DNA of 64,000 nt from Sulfurospirillaceae bacterium. Lineage in GTDB: Bacteria; Campylobacterota; Campylobacteria; Campylobacterales; Sulfurospirillaceae. The number at the start of each line of letters is the position of its first letter. Position 1 is the stretch's first letter. The stretch covers positions 64,001-128,000 of the forward strand of contig JAWVXD010000001.1 in assembly GCA_033723415.1 (NCBI GenBank), given 5' to 3'. The notes beneath the pieces were generated by a model. The model searched no databases, was not told the DNA's origin, and saw nothing but the letters and a program-made list of their open reading frames with translations. Of this stretch, positions 9,734-18,395 are shown in pieces. The position numbers and the translations under genes were made by a program.

Positions 9734-10441
9734 ATGAATAAAAGTTTAGCAACCGATTTAGTCAGTGCATTATTTGTTGCACTATCTTTTATAGTGCCGG
9801 AGCCTTATAAAAATCTACTTTTATATACAGGGCTTTTTGCTCTCTCAGGAGCTTTAACAAACCAGATAGCTATACATATGCTGTTTGAAAAAGTACCGTT
9901 TTTTTATGGTTCAGGTGTTATAGAAGCTAGGTTTGAAGCTTTCAAAGCTTCTATCAAAAAGCTCATGATGAGCCAGTTTTTCACAAAAGAAAAGATAGAT
10001 GAATTTTTTGAAAAAGAAGAGAGAAAGATCGACTTGCGACCTATTATAGAAGAGAGTGATTTCTCTCCAGCATTTGATGCTTTAGTGAAGACGGTTATGG
10101 AGTCATCATTTGGTGGTATGCTTGGCATGTTCGGTGGTGAAAATGCACTTGCCTCATTAAAAGCTCCATTTTGTGAAAAATTGAAAAATTCTGTTTTAAG
10201 TATCACCCAAAGTGAAGATTTTACATCAAAATTAGATACTTATCTAAAAAGCTCAGGTGTCAGTGAAGATATGCTGGTATCTATAGAGGCTATGATAGAC
10301 AAAAGACTAGATGAGCTTACTCCAAAGATAGTAAAAGAGATCGTACAGGATTTTATAAAAGAACATCTAGGTTGGCTTGTGATCTGGGGCGGATTTTTTG
10401 GTGGGCTTATAGGTCTTGTTTCTGCATGGTTTTTAAAATGA
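9734..10441 (+). CDS. DUF445 family membrane protein
   Basis: GALTNQIAIHMLFEKVPFFYGSGVI and C-terminal HLGWLVIWGGFFGGLIG; RBS GAGGAG. Confidence 0.8.
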   Translation: MNKSLATDLVSALFVALSFIVPEPYKNLLLYTGLFALSGALTNQIAIHMLFEKVPFFYGSGVIEARFEAFKASIKKLMMSQFFTKEKIDEFFEKEERKIDLRPIIEESDFSPAFDALVKTVMESSFGGMLGMFGGENALASLKAPFCEKLKNSVLSITQSEDFTSKLDTYLKSSGVSEDMLVSIEAMIDKRLDELTPKIVKEIVQDFIKEHLGWLVIWGGFFGGLIGLVSAWFLK

Positions 10442-11550
10442 CATGTCAATACTTTGGGATTTGCGGAAGCTGCAAACTTTACGATCTATCATATGATGAG
10501 CAGATAACTCAAAAAAAAGAGTATATCAAAGAACAGTTTGAAGAGTTTAATATAGGTGGTTTTGAGTTTTTTACATCACCGCAAGAACATTATAGAAGCA
10601 GGGCAGAATTTAGAATTTGGCATGATGGTGAAAATATAGATTATGGCATGCACAAATTGAATGAAAATGGGATTTTAAAAATCAAAGATTGTCCAAAAGT
10701 CAATAAAAAGATCTATGATCTGATGCCAAAGCTATTGGAGTATTTATCAAAATATAAACAACTCAAATATAAATTGTATGCAGTAGAGTTTTTATCTTCC
10801 AAAGAATCAATACTGGTTACTCTTATATATCATAAACCTTTAACAGACGCTTGGAGTGAAGAAGCAAAAAAACTCGAAAGTGTATTTGATATCCATGTGA
10901 TAGGAAGAAGTAAAAAGATAAAGAAGGTATTGAGTACTGATTTTGTTATGGAAAAGCTGAATATTCTTGAAAAAGAGTATAGATATCAAATCTTAGAGGG
11001 TGGATTTTCACAACCGAACACTCAAGTCAATGAAAAGATGATCGAGTGGGTTTTGAAGAATATACAGGATCCTAAAGATCTATTAGAACTCTACTGCGGA
11101 CATGGAAATTTTACACTGCCGCTGAGTGGCAGATTTCAAAAGGTTTTAGCCACAGAAATTTCAAAGATATCTATAAAATCCGCATTGGAAAATTGTAAGT
11201 TAAATGATATTTCAAATATTGAGTTTTTAAGAATGAGTGTTGAAGAGCTTACCGGAGCGCTTAAAAAAGAAAGGGAGTTTAACAGACTAAAAGATATTGA
11301 TCTGGAAAGTTTTGATTTTTCTCATGTTTTTGTTGATCCTCCAAGGGCAGGTATGGATGAAAAAAGCTTGGAGTTCATAGAAAAATTTGAAAATATAATC
11401 TACATATCATGTAATCCTATAACTTTAAAAAGAGATTTGAATATTTTGATAAAAAGGTTTGAGATTGTAAAATTTGCTGTTTTCGACCAATTTCCTTATA
11501 CAAACCATATAGAATCTGGTATAATTTTACGAAGAAAACAAAACTCTTGA
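10438..11550 (+). CDS. trmA: tRNA (uridine(54)-C5)-methyltransferase; start moved to ATG 10438
   Basis: CQYFGICGSC, YRSRAEFRIWH, FSQPN, LLELYCGHGNF, VDPPRAG, YISCNP, DQFPYTNHIE motifs; ATGA overlap with upstream stop. Confidence 0.9.
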   Translation: MTCQYFGICGSCKLYDLSYDEQITQKKEYIKEQFEEFNIGGFEFFTSPQEHYRSRAEFRIWHDGENIDYGMHKLNENGILKIKDCPKVNKKIYDLMPKLLEYLSKYKQLKYKLYAVEFLSSKESILVTLIYHKPLTDAWSEEAKKLESVFDIHVIGRSKKIKKVLSTDFVMEKLNILEKEYRYQILEGGFSQPNTQVNEKMIEWVLKNIQDPKDLLELYCGHGNFTLPLSGRFQKVLATEISKISIKSALENCKLNDISNIEFLRMSVEELTGALKKEREFNRLKDIDLESFDFSHVFVDPPRAGMDEKSLEFIEKFENIIYISCNPITLKRDLNILIKRFEIVKFAVFDQFPYTNHIESGIILRRKQNS

Positions 11551-11627
11551 AAATTCATAACTTCTGATGATTTAAATCTACAATGATTTTATTTGAATTT
11601 TAAAAAAAATCAAAAAAAGGAAAAACT

Positions 11628-12059
11628 ATGGAATGTCCTATGCCGACGATCAATACGAATGATACATCCGAGATCAAAAAAATTTTTGATGAGGTCAAAA
11701 GTATTGCTATTATCGGACTATCGCCTGATGAAAGCAAAGCAAGCAATATGGTTGCAAAATATCTTCAAAATGCAGGCTATAAGATCATTCCAATTTATCC
11801 AAAAGAAGATTTTATACTCGGAGAAAAAGTTTATAGAAGTCTTAGTGAAGTAGATGTGAAAGTAGATATGGTAGATATGTTTAGAAAACCCTCTTTTGCT
11901 GATGGTTTACTAGAAGAAGTTTTGAAAAGAGATGATGTCAAAGTATTTTGGCTTCAACTTGGAATCGTAAACAATGAGGCTTGTGAAAAAGCTAAAACGG
12001 CAGGATTAAAAGTCGTACAAAATAAATGTTCTAAAATAGAACATCAAAGGTTAGCATAA
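11628..12059 (+). CDS. CoA-binding protein (YccU-like)
   Basis: IAIIGLSPDESKASNMVAKYLQNAGYKIIPIYP, VDMVDMFR, WLQLGIVN. Confidence 0.85.
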   Translation: MECPMPTINTNDTSEIKKIFDEVKSIAIIGLSPDESKASNMVAKYLQNAGYKIIPIYPKEDFILGEKVYRSLSEVDVKVDMVDMFRKPSFADGLLEEVLKRDDVKVFWLQLGIVNNEACEKAKTAGLKVVQNKCSKIEHQRLA

Positions 12060-13270
12060 TGATAGAACTTAGTGAAATAATACAAGCAAAAAGGCTAATC
12101 TCTGACGTTGTGCCTAGAACTCCATTTGTTTATGCTCCATTGTTGAGCGAGAAAATAGATGCAAATATATTTTTGAAAAAAGAAAATTTACAGTTGACAG
12201 GTGCCTACAAGATAAGAGGAGCTTTCAACAAGATAGCTTCTTTGAATGATGAAGAAAAGAAAAGAGGTGTTATCGCTGCAAGTGCTGGCAATCATGCCCA
12301 AGGAGTCGCTTACAGTGCAAGACATTTTGGTATAAAAGCGACTATCATCATGCCGGATGCTACACCGCTACTTAAGGTCTCAGGAACTAAAGATTTAGGT
12401 GCAGACGTTATCTTGCATGGCAACAATTATGATGAAGCATATGCTTATGCTCTAAAATATGCCAAAGATAATGATATGACCTTTATACATCCATTTGAAG
12501 ATGAAAAAGTTATAGCAGGACAAGGCACTGTAGCTATAGAGATGATAGACAAAATAGAAAATCTAAATACCGTGTTGGTTCCTATAGGCGGTGGAGGACT
12601 TATCTCCGGGGTTGCTTCAGCCATAAAACAGATCGATCCTAGTATAAGAGTTATCGGAGTTACATCCAAAGGAGCACCAGGGATGTACAACTCATATAAA
12701 GCAGGAAAAGCGCTCAATACAAAAAGTGTGAGAACCATAGCTGACGGTATTGCCGTTAGAGATGTCAGTGAAAAAAACCTCGCTCATATCTTAGAGTTGG
12801 TTGATGATATAGTTCAAGTGGATGATGAAGAAATAGCCAGTGCTGTTTTATTTTTGTTGGAAAAGCAAAAGATCATAGTCGAAGGAGCAGGTTCTGTTGG
12901 AGTTGCCGCCGTATTACACAAAAAATTGAATTTTAAGAAAAATGAAAACATAGGTATTGTCCTTAGTGGAGGCAATATTGATGTGCAAATGTTAGCCGTG
13001 ATCATAGAAAAAGGTTTGATGAAGTCTCACAGAAAAATGAAGCTGTTGATCACTTTGATAGATAAACCCGGTGCATTGATGTATCTGACGGATATACTGA
13101 GAGATGTAAATGCAAATATCATACAGATAGATTACGATAGAACTTCGACAAAATTAGCATATGGTGATGCAAAGATCACTATAGTTTTAGAAACAAAAGG
13201 CAAAGAGCATCAAACCGAGATAAAACAGATGCTGGAAAACAACAATTATCCTTTTGTCGTAGAAATGTAA
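12059..13270 (+). CDS. ilvA: Threonine ammonia-lyase with C-terminal ACT domain
   Basis: KENLQLTGAYKIRGA PLP lysine motif, ASAGNHAQGVA, PIGGGGLISG, ACT domain DKPGAL. Confidence 0.93.
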   Translation: MIELSEIIQAKRLISDVVPRTPFVYAPLLSEKIDANIFLKKENLQLTGAYKIRGAFNKIASLNDEEKKRGVIAASAGNHAQGVAYSARHFGIKATIIMPDATPLLKVSGTKDLGADVILHGNNYDEAYAYALKYAKDNDMTFIHPFEDEKVIAGQGTVAIEMIDKIENLNTVLVPIGGGGLISGVASAIKQIDPSIRVIGVTSKGAPGMYNSYKAGKALNTKSVRTIADGIAVRDVSEKNLAHILELVDDIVQVDDEEIASAVLFLLEKQKIIVEGAGSVGVAAVLHKKLNFKKNENIGIVLSGGNIDVQMLAVIIEKGLMKSHRKMKLLITLIDKPGALMYLTDILRDVNANIIQIDYDRTSTKLAYGDAKITIVLETKGKEHQTEIKQMLENNNYPFVVEM

Positions 13271-13291
13271 AAAAATAAGAGGTACAATAAA

Positions 13292-15535
13292 TTGAGTGAG
13301 AGTAAAGATTTTTTACGCACAATCGTAGAAGAGGACTTAAAAGCCGGTAAATATAAAAGTATTGTTACCAGGTTTCCTCCCGAGCCAAATGGATTTCCCC
13401 ATATCGGACACGCTAAGTCTATCTATATCAATTTCGGTATTGCCCGTGACTATCAGGGGCACTGCAATTTAAGGATGGACGACACCGATCCGACCAAAGA
13501 AGATATGAGATATGTAGAAGCGCTTAAAGACGCCGTGACTTGGCTTGGATTTGAATGGGGAGAGAGTGTTTATTTTACTTCCGATTATTTTCCTAAGTTG
13601 TATGCTTATGCACAAAGTCTCATCAAAATGGGCAAAGCTTATGTTGATAGCCTTAATGAAGAAGAAATACGCGAATATCGCGGTAGCGTCACGGAAGCCG
13701 GAAGACGCAGCAAGTATGCAAATCGTAGTATCGAAGAAAATCTTGACCTTTTTGAGCGCATGAAAAACGGTGAGTTCAAAGATGGCGAACACGTCCTGAG
13801 AGCACGGATCGATATGAGTGCGGCAAACATGAAGATGCGAGATCCATTGCTGTACCGTATCCGACATGCGCATCATTTCAGAGCCGGGGATGAGTGGTGT
13901 ATCTATCCGATGTATGATTTTGCTCACTGTTTGTCTGATTATATCGAGGGCGTCACGCACTCGATCTGTACGCTGGAATTTGAAAACAATCGTGATATTT
14001 ACGACTGGGTACTTGACACGCTCGCTCTTGAACCGCCGCGTCCGTATCAGCATGAGTTTGCACGCCTTGGGATCAATTATACCGTCATGAGTAAAAGAAA
14101 GCTTTTAGAACTCGTCGAGGGCGGATATGTCAACGGCTGGGATGACCCACGCCTTCCTACCATCGCCGGATATAAAAGAAGAGGGTACACACCTGAGTCT
14201 ATCTTGAATTTTTGCGACCAGATCGGCATCGCAAAAGCAAACTCGATGGTCGATGTGGCGCAGCTTGAATTTTGTATCAGAGATGATCTAAACCAAAAAG
14301 TGCCTCGTGTGATGTGTGTGCTTGACCCGCTCAAAGTAACCATCGAAAATTATGACGGTTTCGAGGAGATCGATGCATCTTACTATCCTCATGATGTTCC
14401 CAAAGAGGGTTCGAGAAAGCTACCTTTTTCACGCGAGATTTACATCGAACGCGATGATTTTATGGAAAATCCACCTAGTGGATACTTCCGTCTGACACCC
14501 GATCAGCCCGTGCGACTAAAACATGCTTATATCATCTCGTGCACCGAAGTCATCAAAGATGCGAACGGCGCGATAGTGGAGATCAAAGCCAAGTATCATC
14601 CTGATTCAAAAAGCGGATCCGATACCAGCGGTATCAAGGTCAAAAGCGCGATTCACTGGGTAAGTGGAGCGCACGCCAAAAAAGCGGAAGTCAGACTGTA
14701 TGAAAGATTGTATAAATCAGAAGCTCCAGAGGGTCTAGAAGATCTAAATCCCGATTCGCTTCGTATCATCAAAGATGCGCTTATTGAACCCGCCATCGTC
14801 ACCGAAAAGCCAGATGTCAGATTTCAATTTGAAAGACAAGGGTATTTCTATGCCGATCCGATTGATCATAGCGATGAAAACCCGGTGTTCAACAAAATCG
14901 TAGGACTCAAAGACTCTTGGAGTAAAAAAACCGAACCAAGCAAGCATACGATGAAGACTCCGGTGAAAAAAGAACAAGTAGAGGGTGAAACAGCTCCTAT
15001 GAGCGCTCAAGAACAAGCACGCTTTGACAAATATACAAAAGAGCTTGGACTCAATCATGAGATCGCCAATATCTTAGCGCGCGATGAACAGCTCGCATCA
15101 TTTTATGAAACCGCACTGTCCGTTTTAAACAGTCCTCTAAGCTTGGCAAATATCACGGCCAATGAAGTAGCCAGAGAGTTAAAACAATCAAACGCTCTTA
15201 CATTTGATGCAAAGCAAGTGGCGCAGTTGGTCGGCATGGTCGATGATGGCACGATTTCAAATAAAATCTCTAAAGAAGTGTTTGAAGAGATGGCAAAATC
15301 GGGTAAAAACCCGATCCAAATCGTCAAAGAAAAAGGCCTAGAGCAGATCAGTGATCCGGCTGAGATAGCATCCGTCATCGATGCGATCATCGCAAAAAAC
15401 CCGGACAACGTCGCCAAATACAAAGATGGAAATACGAAACTTTTAGGATTTTTTGTAGGGCAAGTGCTCAAAGCAATGGGCGGTAAAGCCAACCCGACAG
15501 TCGTGAATGCTCTTGTTTTAGAGAAGTTAAGTTAA
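13292..15535 (+). CDS. glnS: Glutamine--tRNA ligase with C-terminal YqeY/GatB domain
   Basis: RFPPEPNGFPHIGHAK (HIGH), MSKRK, FQFERQGYF; C-terminal GatB/YqeY-like tail (GTISNKISKEVFEEM...GFFVGQVLKAMGGKANP). TTG start. Confidence 0.93.
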   Translation: MSESKDFLRTIVEEDLKAGKYKSIVTRFPPEPNGFPHIGHAKSIYINFGIARDYQGHCNLRMDDTDPTKEDMRYVEALKDAVTWLGFEWGESVYFTSDYFPKLYAYAQSLIKMGKAYVDSLNEEEIREYRGSVTEAGRRSKYANRSIEENLDLFERMKNGEFKDGEHVLRARIDMSAANMKMRDPLLYRIRHAHHFRAGDEWCIYPMYDFAHCLSDYIEGVTHSICTLEFENNRDIYDWVLDTLALEPPRPYQHEFARLGINYTVMSKRKLLELVEGGYVNGWDDPRLPTIAGYKRRGYTPESILNFCDQIGIAKANSMVDVAQLEFCIRDDLNQKVPRVMCVLDPLKVTIENYDGFEEIDASYYPHDVPKEGSRKLPFSREIYIERDDFMENPPSGYFRLTPDQPVRLKHAYIISCTEVIKDANGAIVEIKAKYHPDSKSGSDTSGIKVKSAIHWVSGAHAKKAEVRLYERLYKSEAPEGLEDLNPDSLRIIKDALIEPAIVTEKPDVRFQFERQGYFYADPIDHSDENPVFNKIVGLKDSWSKKTEPSKHTMKTPVKKEQVEGETAPMSAQEQARFDKYTKELGLNHEIANILARDEQLASFYETALSVLNSPLSLANITANEVARELKQSNALTFDAKQVAQLVGMVDDGTISNKISKEVFEEMAKSGKNPIQIVKEKGLEQISDPAEIASVIDAIIAKNPDNVAKYKDGNTKLLGFFVGQVLKAMGGKANPTVVNALVLEKLS

Positions 15536-15545
15536 GAAACTTTCA

Positions 15546-15581
15546 AAAAGGTGCCATTGAGTTAAAAGCATGGCACCTTTT
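15546..15581. terminator. Bidirectional intrinsic terminator after glnS
   Basis: AAAAGGTGCCAT-N12-ATGGCACCTTTT perfect 12-bp inverted repeat with A/T tails, 10 bp after the glnS stop. Confidence 0.8.
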
Positions 15582-15610
15582 ATCATATAAAACAGTCTCG
15601 TTACTATATC

Positions 15611-15699
15611 ACTGTTCGTTCAATTTATCAGTTTTATAACTTATTGGTATGATTAAATAAAAAGCATAGATGAAATTTGGTATACTGTTCCGGAATTAC
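15611..15699. repeat. Copy 1 of a degenerate ~90-bp direct repeat (copy 2 at 18396-18485)
   Basis: ACTGTTCGTTCAATTTATCA identical at 15611-15630 and 18396-18415; ATTAAATAAAAAG shared; both end in GGTAT(A/C)CTGT..CCGGAATTA. Confidence 0.75.
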
Positions 15700-15715
15700 C
15701 CCGTAAAGGTGGAAA

Positions 15716-15731
15716 CTGTCCCCGGAATTAT
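15716..15731. repeat. Extra copy of the CTGTCCCCGGAATTAT motif
   Basis: 16 bp identical to 18470-18485. Confidence 0.75.
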
Positions 15732-15757
15732 TCCCTCAGTGACGCGAGCGTTCACTG

Positions 15758-17494
15758 CTAAGCTTTGTTGTGTATATATTCATTTAATTTTAAGCAATCC
15801 ATTCTATTATCATTTTGCCTAGTGAAAAATTGATTATTAGTTAAATCTGCAATTAGTCTTATCTTGTCTGAAATTTCACAAAACTTTGTATCTTCTTTTA
15901 AATGTTGTCCTATTTTTAATTTTCCTAATCTTGCTGAAAAATTTTCTTTCATACAGTCTCTAACTATACCTAGAATATAGTCTGGGATGGATAGTAAAAT
16001 ATCATCTTTTCCACTTTTTTCTATTACTGTATTTGGGAAAAAAACACCTCTAATTAAAACAATTTGTTTTAATTTATTTAATGAAATTTTTGAGTTTTCT
16101 TCAAAAGTGATAATGTTTGTATTGTTTTTATATCTTCTTAATATATTTTTCATCAAACTATCAAATAAAGCATAGTAGTTGTTTTGGTAAACTTCTTTGC
16201 CCATTTTATCCATTGATTCATTTTCAGACTTAAACATTAATTGTGCTTCTATATTTAACTCTCTCAATATTGGTATATATTTTTCTTTCACCATTGTATT
16301 ATCTTCGCAATAATGGAAAAGTTTGCTTCTTTGTGTATCTGTCAATCCATTTCTTAGATCGGAAACCAAATCATTTTGTAATGAAGTTAATTTACCAGAT
16401 ATAACATTTTTTAAAAAATCTCCACTTATTGAAACAAGTGATAAAATTAATGTTTTTTTATCTGGTGTCTCACTTTCATCTATATAATGATATATAGATA
16501 AATTGTTCTTTTTCTGTGGAGCACTCATATAAATATTATCCAAACATAGATCATTATCTTCTAATATATTTATGAAAACTGATTGGTACTTTTTACCTAA
16601 TGATTTTTCAATTCCTACTATATAAACAATTTTCCCATATATAGCTCTTAGCTTAGGATAGCCATCTTCAATATTAAAATAATTTTCTGGATATTTGTTT
16701 AAATAATATAATTCCTGTCTAATCTTTCTTTTCATTATTTTGGGAACTCTTGGATATTGGTCATTTGATATACTCAGACCTGTAACATACTGAGGTTGCC
16801 CATATTTTAAATTGATTGTTTTTTCTTCATTGATTTCAAAAGTATATTTTTCAAAAATTTCTTTAATTTCATCTATTGAAGGAAAATTATCGATATCAGA
16901 TGAAAAAGTTATGTCATCACTATATCTACTTATTCCTACTTTATATTTTTCAGCCAAAAATTTAAGATCTAAGTCTAAATCAAAACAATATAAATTCGCT
17001 AAAATTGGGCTTGTATTAAAACCTTCATACAATATATCATTGTATGTACACAGATTCGAAAATATATCTGCTCCTGTGTCGGAAAAACCTAGTTTTAAAA
17101 AAGCATTTTTGACGCCTATTTTTGTAATTGATTTAAAATAATTCTTTATGTCAAGTTTGAATAGATACTTTTTATTTAAATGTTCTTGTGCATTTGTCAA
17201 TACACCTCTTTTCTTGATGAATCCATGTGCTATATCACTGACAAAAACATCTTTATCTTGTTTTATTTTTTGCTCTATAATATGTAGCAATTCCTTATAA
17301 AATAGATTGTATGGAGTATTGATTTTTATAACTTCTCTATATTTTTTTATACGTTTTGGGTTTTTTTTGGGTATATCAAAAAGACTAATATATGTTTGAT
17401 TTTTTTCATTGTTGCAGATAGAGTTAAGAAAATCTATTGAGGTATTAAAGCTTTTTGAGATTATCTCTAGTGAGTTTAGCTGATTTAAATTCAT
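15758..17494 (-). CDS. Retron-type reverse transcriptase fused to a C-terminal RNase H-like (DUF3800-like) domain
   Basis: RT motifs: IPKK..K.R, AHGFIKKRG, retron region X NAQEH (aa101-105), LDIKNYFKSI, EGFNTSPILAN, catalytic YSDD (aa191-194), retron region Y VTG (aa237-239). C-terminal ~245 aa begin YHYIDESE and contain LFHYCED, ITFEE, LLSIPDYILG. Confidence 0.85.
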   Translation of the reverse strand: MNLNQLNSLEIISKSFNTSIDFLNSICNNEKNQTYISLFDIPKKNPKRIKKYREVIKINTPYNLFYKELLHIIEQKIKQDKDVFVSDIAHGFIKKRGVLTNAQEHLNKKYLFKLDIKNYFKSITKIGVKNAFLKLGFSDTGADIFSNLCTYNDILYEGFNTSPILANLYCFDLDLDLKFLAEKYKVGISRYSDDITFSSDIDNFPSIDEIKEIFEKYTFEINEEKTINLKYGQPQYVTGLSISNDQYPRVPKIMKRKIRQELYYLNKYPENYFNIEDGYPKLRAIYGKIVYIVGIEKSLGKKYQSVFINILEDNDLCLDNIYMSAPQKKNNLSIYHYIDESETPDKKTLILSLVSISGDFLKNVISGKLTSLQNDLVSDLRNGLTDTQRSKLFHYCEDNTMVKEKYIPILRELNIEAQLMFKSENESMDKMGKEVYQNNYYALFDSLMKNILRRYKNNTNIITFEENSKISLNKLKQIVLIRGVFFPNTVIEKSGKDDILLSIPDYILGIVRDCMKENFSARLGKLKIGQHLKEDTKFCEISDKIRLIADLTNNQFFTRQNDNRMDCLKLNEYIHNKA

Positions 17495-17499
17495 ACACT

Positions 17500-17584
17500 A
17501 CACAGCAATATGGGTAAATAGGTAGATTATAATTAACTTTATAACGAGCACGAATCGCACTCCACATTTATTCCCCATATTGTT
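17500..17584 (-). ncRNA. Candidate compact retron msr-msd ncRNA
   Basis: Minus strand: a1 CAATATGGG (17582-17574) followed by a G, GC-rich hairpin GAGTGCG-ATT-CGTGCTC, AT hairpin TTATAA-AGTTAA-TTATAA, a2 CCCATATTG (17514-17506), ending 11 nt before the RT ATG. Confidence 0.6.
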
Positions 17585-17589
17585 CCTTT

Positions 17590-17598
17590 ATTATATCA
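17590..17598 (-). promoter_or_regulatory. Extended -10 promoter (TGATATAAT) for ncRNA + RT
   Basis: Perfect TGnTATAAT on the minus strand; predicted start ~17583 coincides with the first base of the a1 repeat. Confidence 0.65.
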
Positions 17599-17628
17599 GT
17601 TTTTTGGTTTGATACACAACGATTCGGA

Positions 17629-17655
17629 GTAATTCCTGCGAAACTATACCCAATT
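17629..17655. repeat. Degenerate inverted copy of the TAATTCCGGGGACAGTATACC-type motif
   Basis: GTAATTCCTGCGAAACTATACCCAATT aligns with the reverse complement of 15674-15699 (GTAATTCCGGAACAGTATACCAAATT). Confidence 0.55.
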
Positions 17656-17722
17656 ATTGATGGTAGCTAAAAGGGAATTGTCCCAATTTTCTGCTACTAA
17701 AACGCTACTCTACGCATCCTAA

Positions 17723-18013
17723 TCACTTAAACTTTTTATAAACTTGTGAATGTGTGCCTAGCATCACAAGGTAAAGAAAACTTGCATCTACTTTAAACAC
17801 CAATAACCAATCATTTTTTACATGAAGAGATTCAAACTCTTTCATATCACCTTTTAACGCATGCCTTTGATATATACTATCTATCGCTTCATTGGATTGT
17901 AGTTTGTTGATCATTATCTTTAAGATTTCAAAGTCACTCTTCGTGTATTTTCCACACTTTTGATCTCTCAAAATATCTTTTTTAAAAGATTTTTCAATCT
18001 TAATCTCTAGCAC
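17723..18013 (-). CDS. yafQ: Type II TA toxin, YafQ/RelE family mRNA interferase
   Basis: KSFKKD, HALKGDMKEFESLHVKNDWLLVF and C-terminal LGTHS catalytic His motif. Confidence 0.88.
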   Translation of the reverse strand: MLEIKIEKSFKKDILRDQKCGKYTKSDFEILKIMINKLQSNEAIDSIYQRHALKGDMKEFESLHVKNDWLLVFKVDASFLYLVMLGTHSQVYKKFK

Positions 18014-18015
18014 AG

Positions 18016-18273
18016 TTAGATACCTAAATCGTCAAATAATTCATCGCTGTTTTTATAACTCTTTGTGTTGGTATCTGTTTTTATATTTTTGACTCTTGAG
18101 ATAAGTTCATCACTAGGTTCAATTGAGAGTTCAAAAGGTATTTTTCGCTCCATGGCAACTTTTGCAAGAAATATATTGACACCGTCTGCAAAAGTAAGAC
18201 CGAGCTTAGAAAATACCTCTTTTGATTCATTGTAAAATTTATCTTCAACTCTTACACTTGTTTGCATTTTCAT
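18016..18273 (-). CDS. dinJ: Type II TA antitoxin, RelB/DinJ family; start moved to ATG 18273
   Basis: SVRVEDKFYNESKEVFSKLGLTFADGVNIFLAKVAMERKIPFEL ribbon-helix-helix pattern; RBS AAAGGA upstream; directly upstream of yafQ. Confidence 0.85.
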   Translation of the reverse strand: MKMQTSVRVEDKFYNESKEVFSKLGLTFADGVNIFLAKVAMERKIPFELSIEPSDELISRVKNIKTDTNTKSYKNSDELFDDLGI

Positions 18274-18291
18274 TTTATATCCTTTGAGAAA

Positions 18292-18321
18292 ATTATACAC
18301 CAATCGGTGTACACAAGTCAA
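18292..18321 (-). promoter_or_regulatory. TA operon promoter with overlapping palindromic operator
   Basis: Minus strand TTGACT-N18-TATAAT; palindrome TACACC-AATC-GGTGTA at 18296-18311 lies in the spacer and touches the -10. Confidence 0.65.
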
Positions 18322-18395
18322 GATAATTTAACGACTGAGGGGAAATCGAGTAAATCAAGGGACGGATACCGCATTATTAAATAGTCTAAAATGTA

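Noticed and set aside
13469..14053. 194-aa antisense ORF inside glnS, and similar shadow ORFs within acsA, pdh, polX, lsrK and core genes
   Set aside because: Fully overlap well-supported genes on the opposite strand or frame, lack RBS and motifs; expected by-products of codon bias.
15737..15757. Hairpin CAGTGACGCGAGCGTTCACTG as retron msd
   Set aside because: Lies immediately downstream of the RT stop and outside the a1/a2 repeats; more likely a terminator-like or REP-like hairpin.
15758..17494. RT as group II intron, DGR or CRISPR-associated RT
   Set aside because: No maturase/HNH tail or intron-length structured flanks, no TR/VR repeat pair or avd gene, no cas1 or array; NAxxH and VTG motifs point to retrons.
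17702..17719. ACGCTACTCTACGCATCC resembling the micro-cassette loop (CTACGCATCC shared)
   Set aside because: Only a 10-bp match with no flanking core sites; too weak to call a related element.
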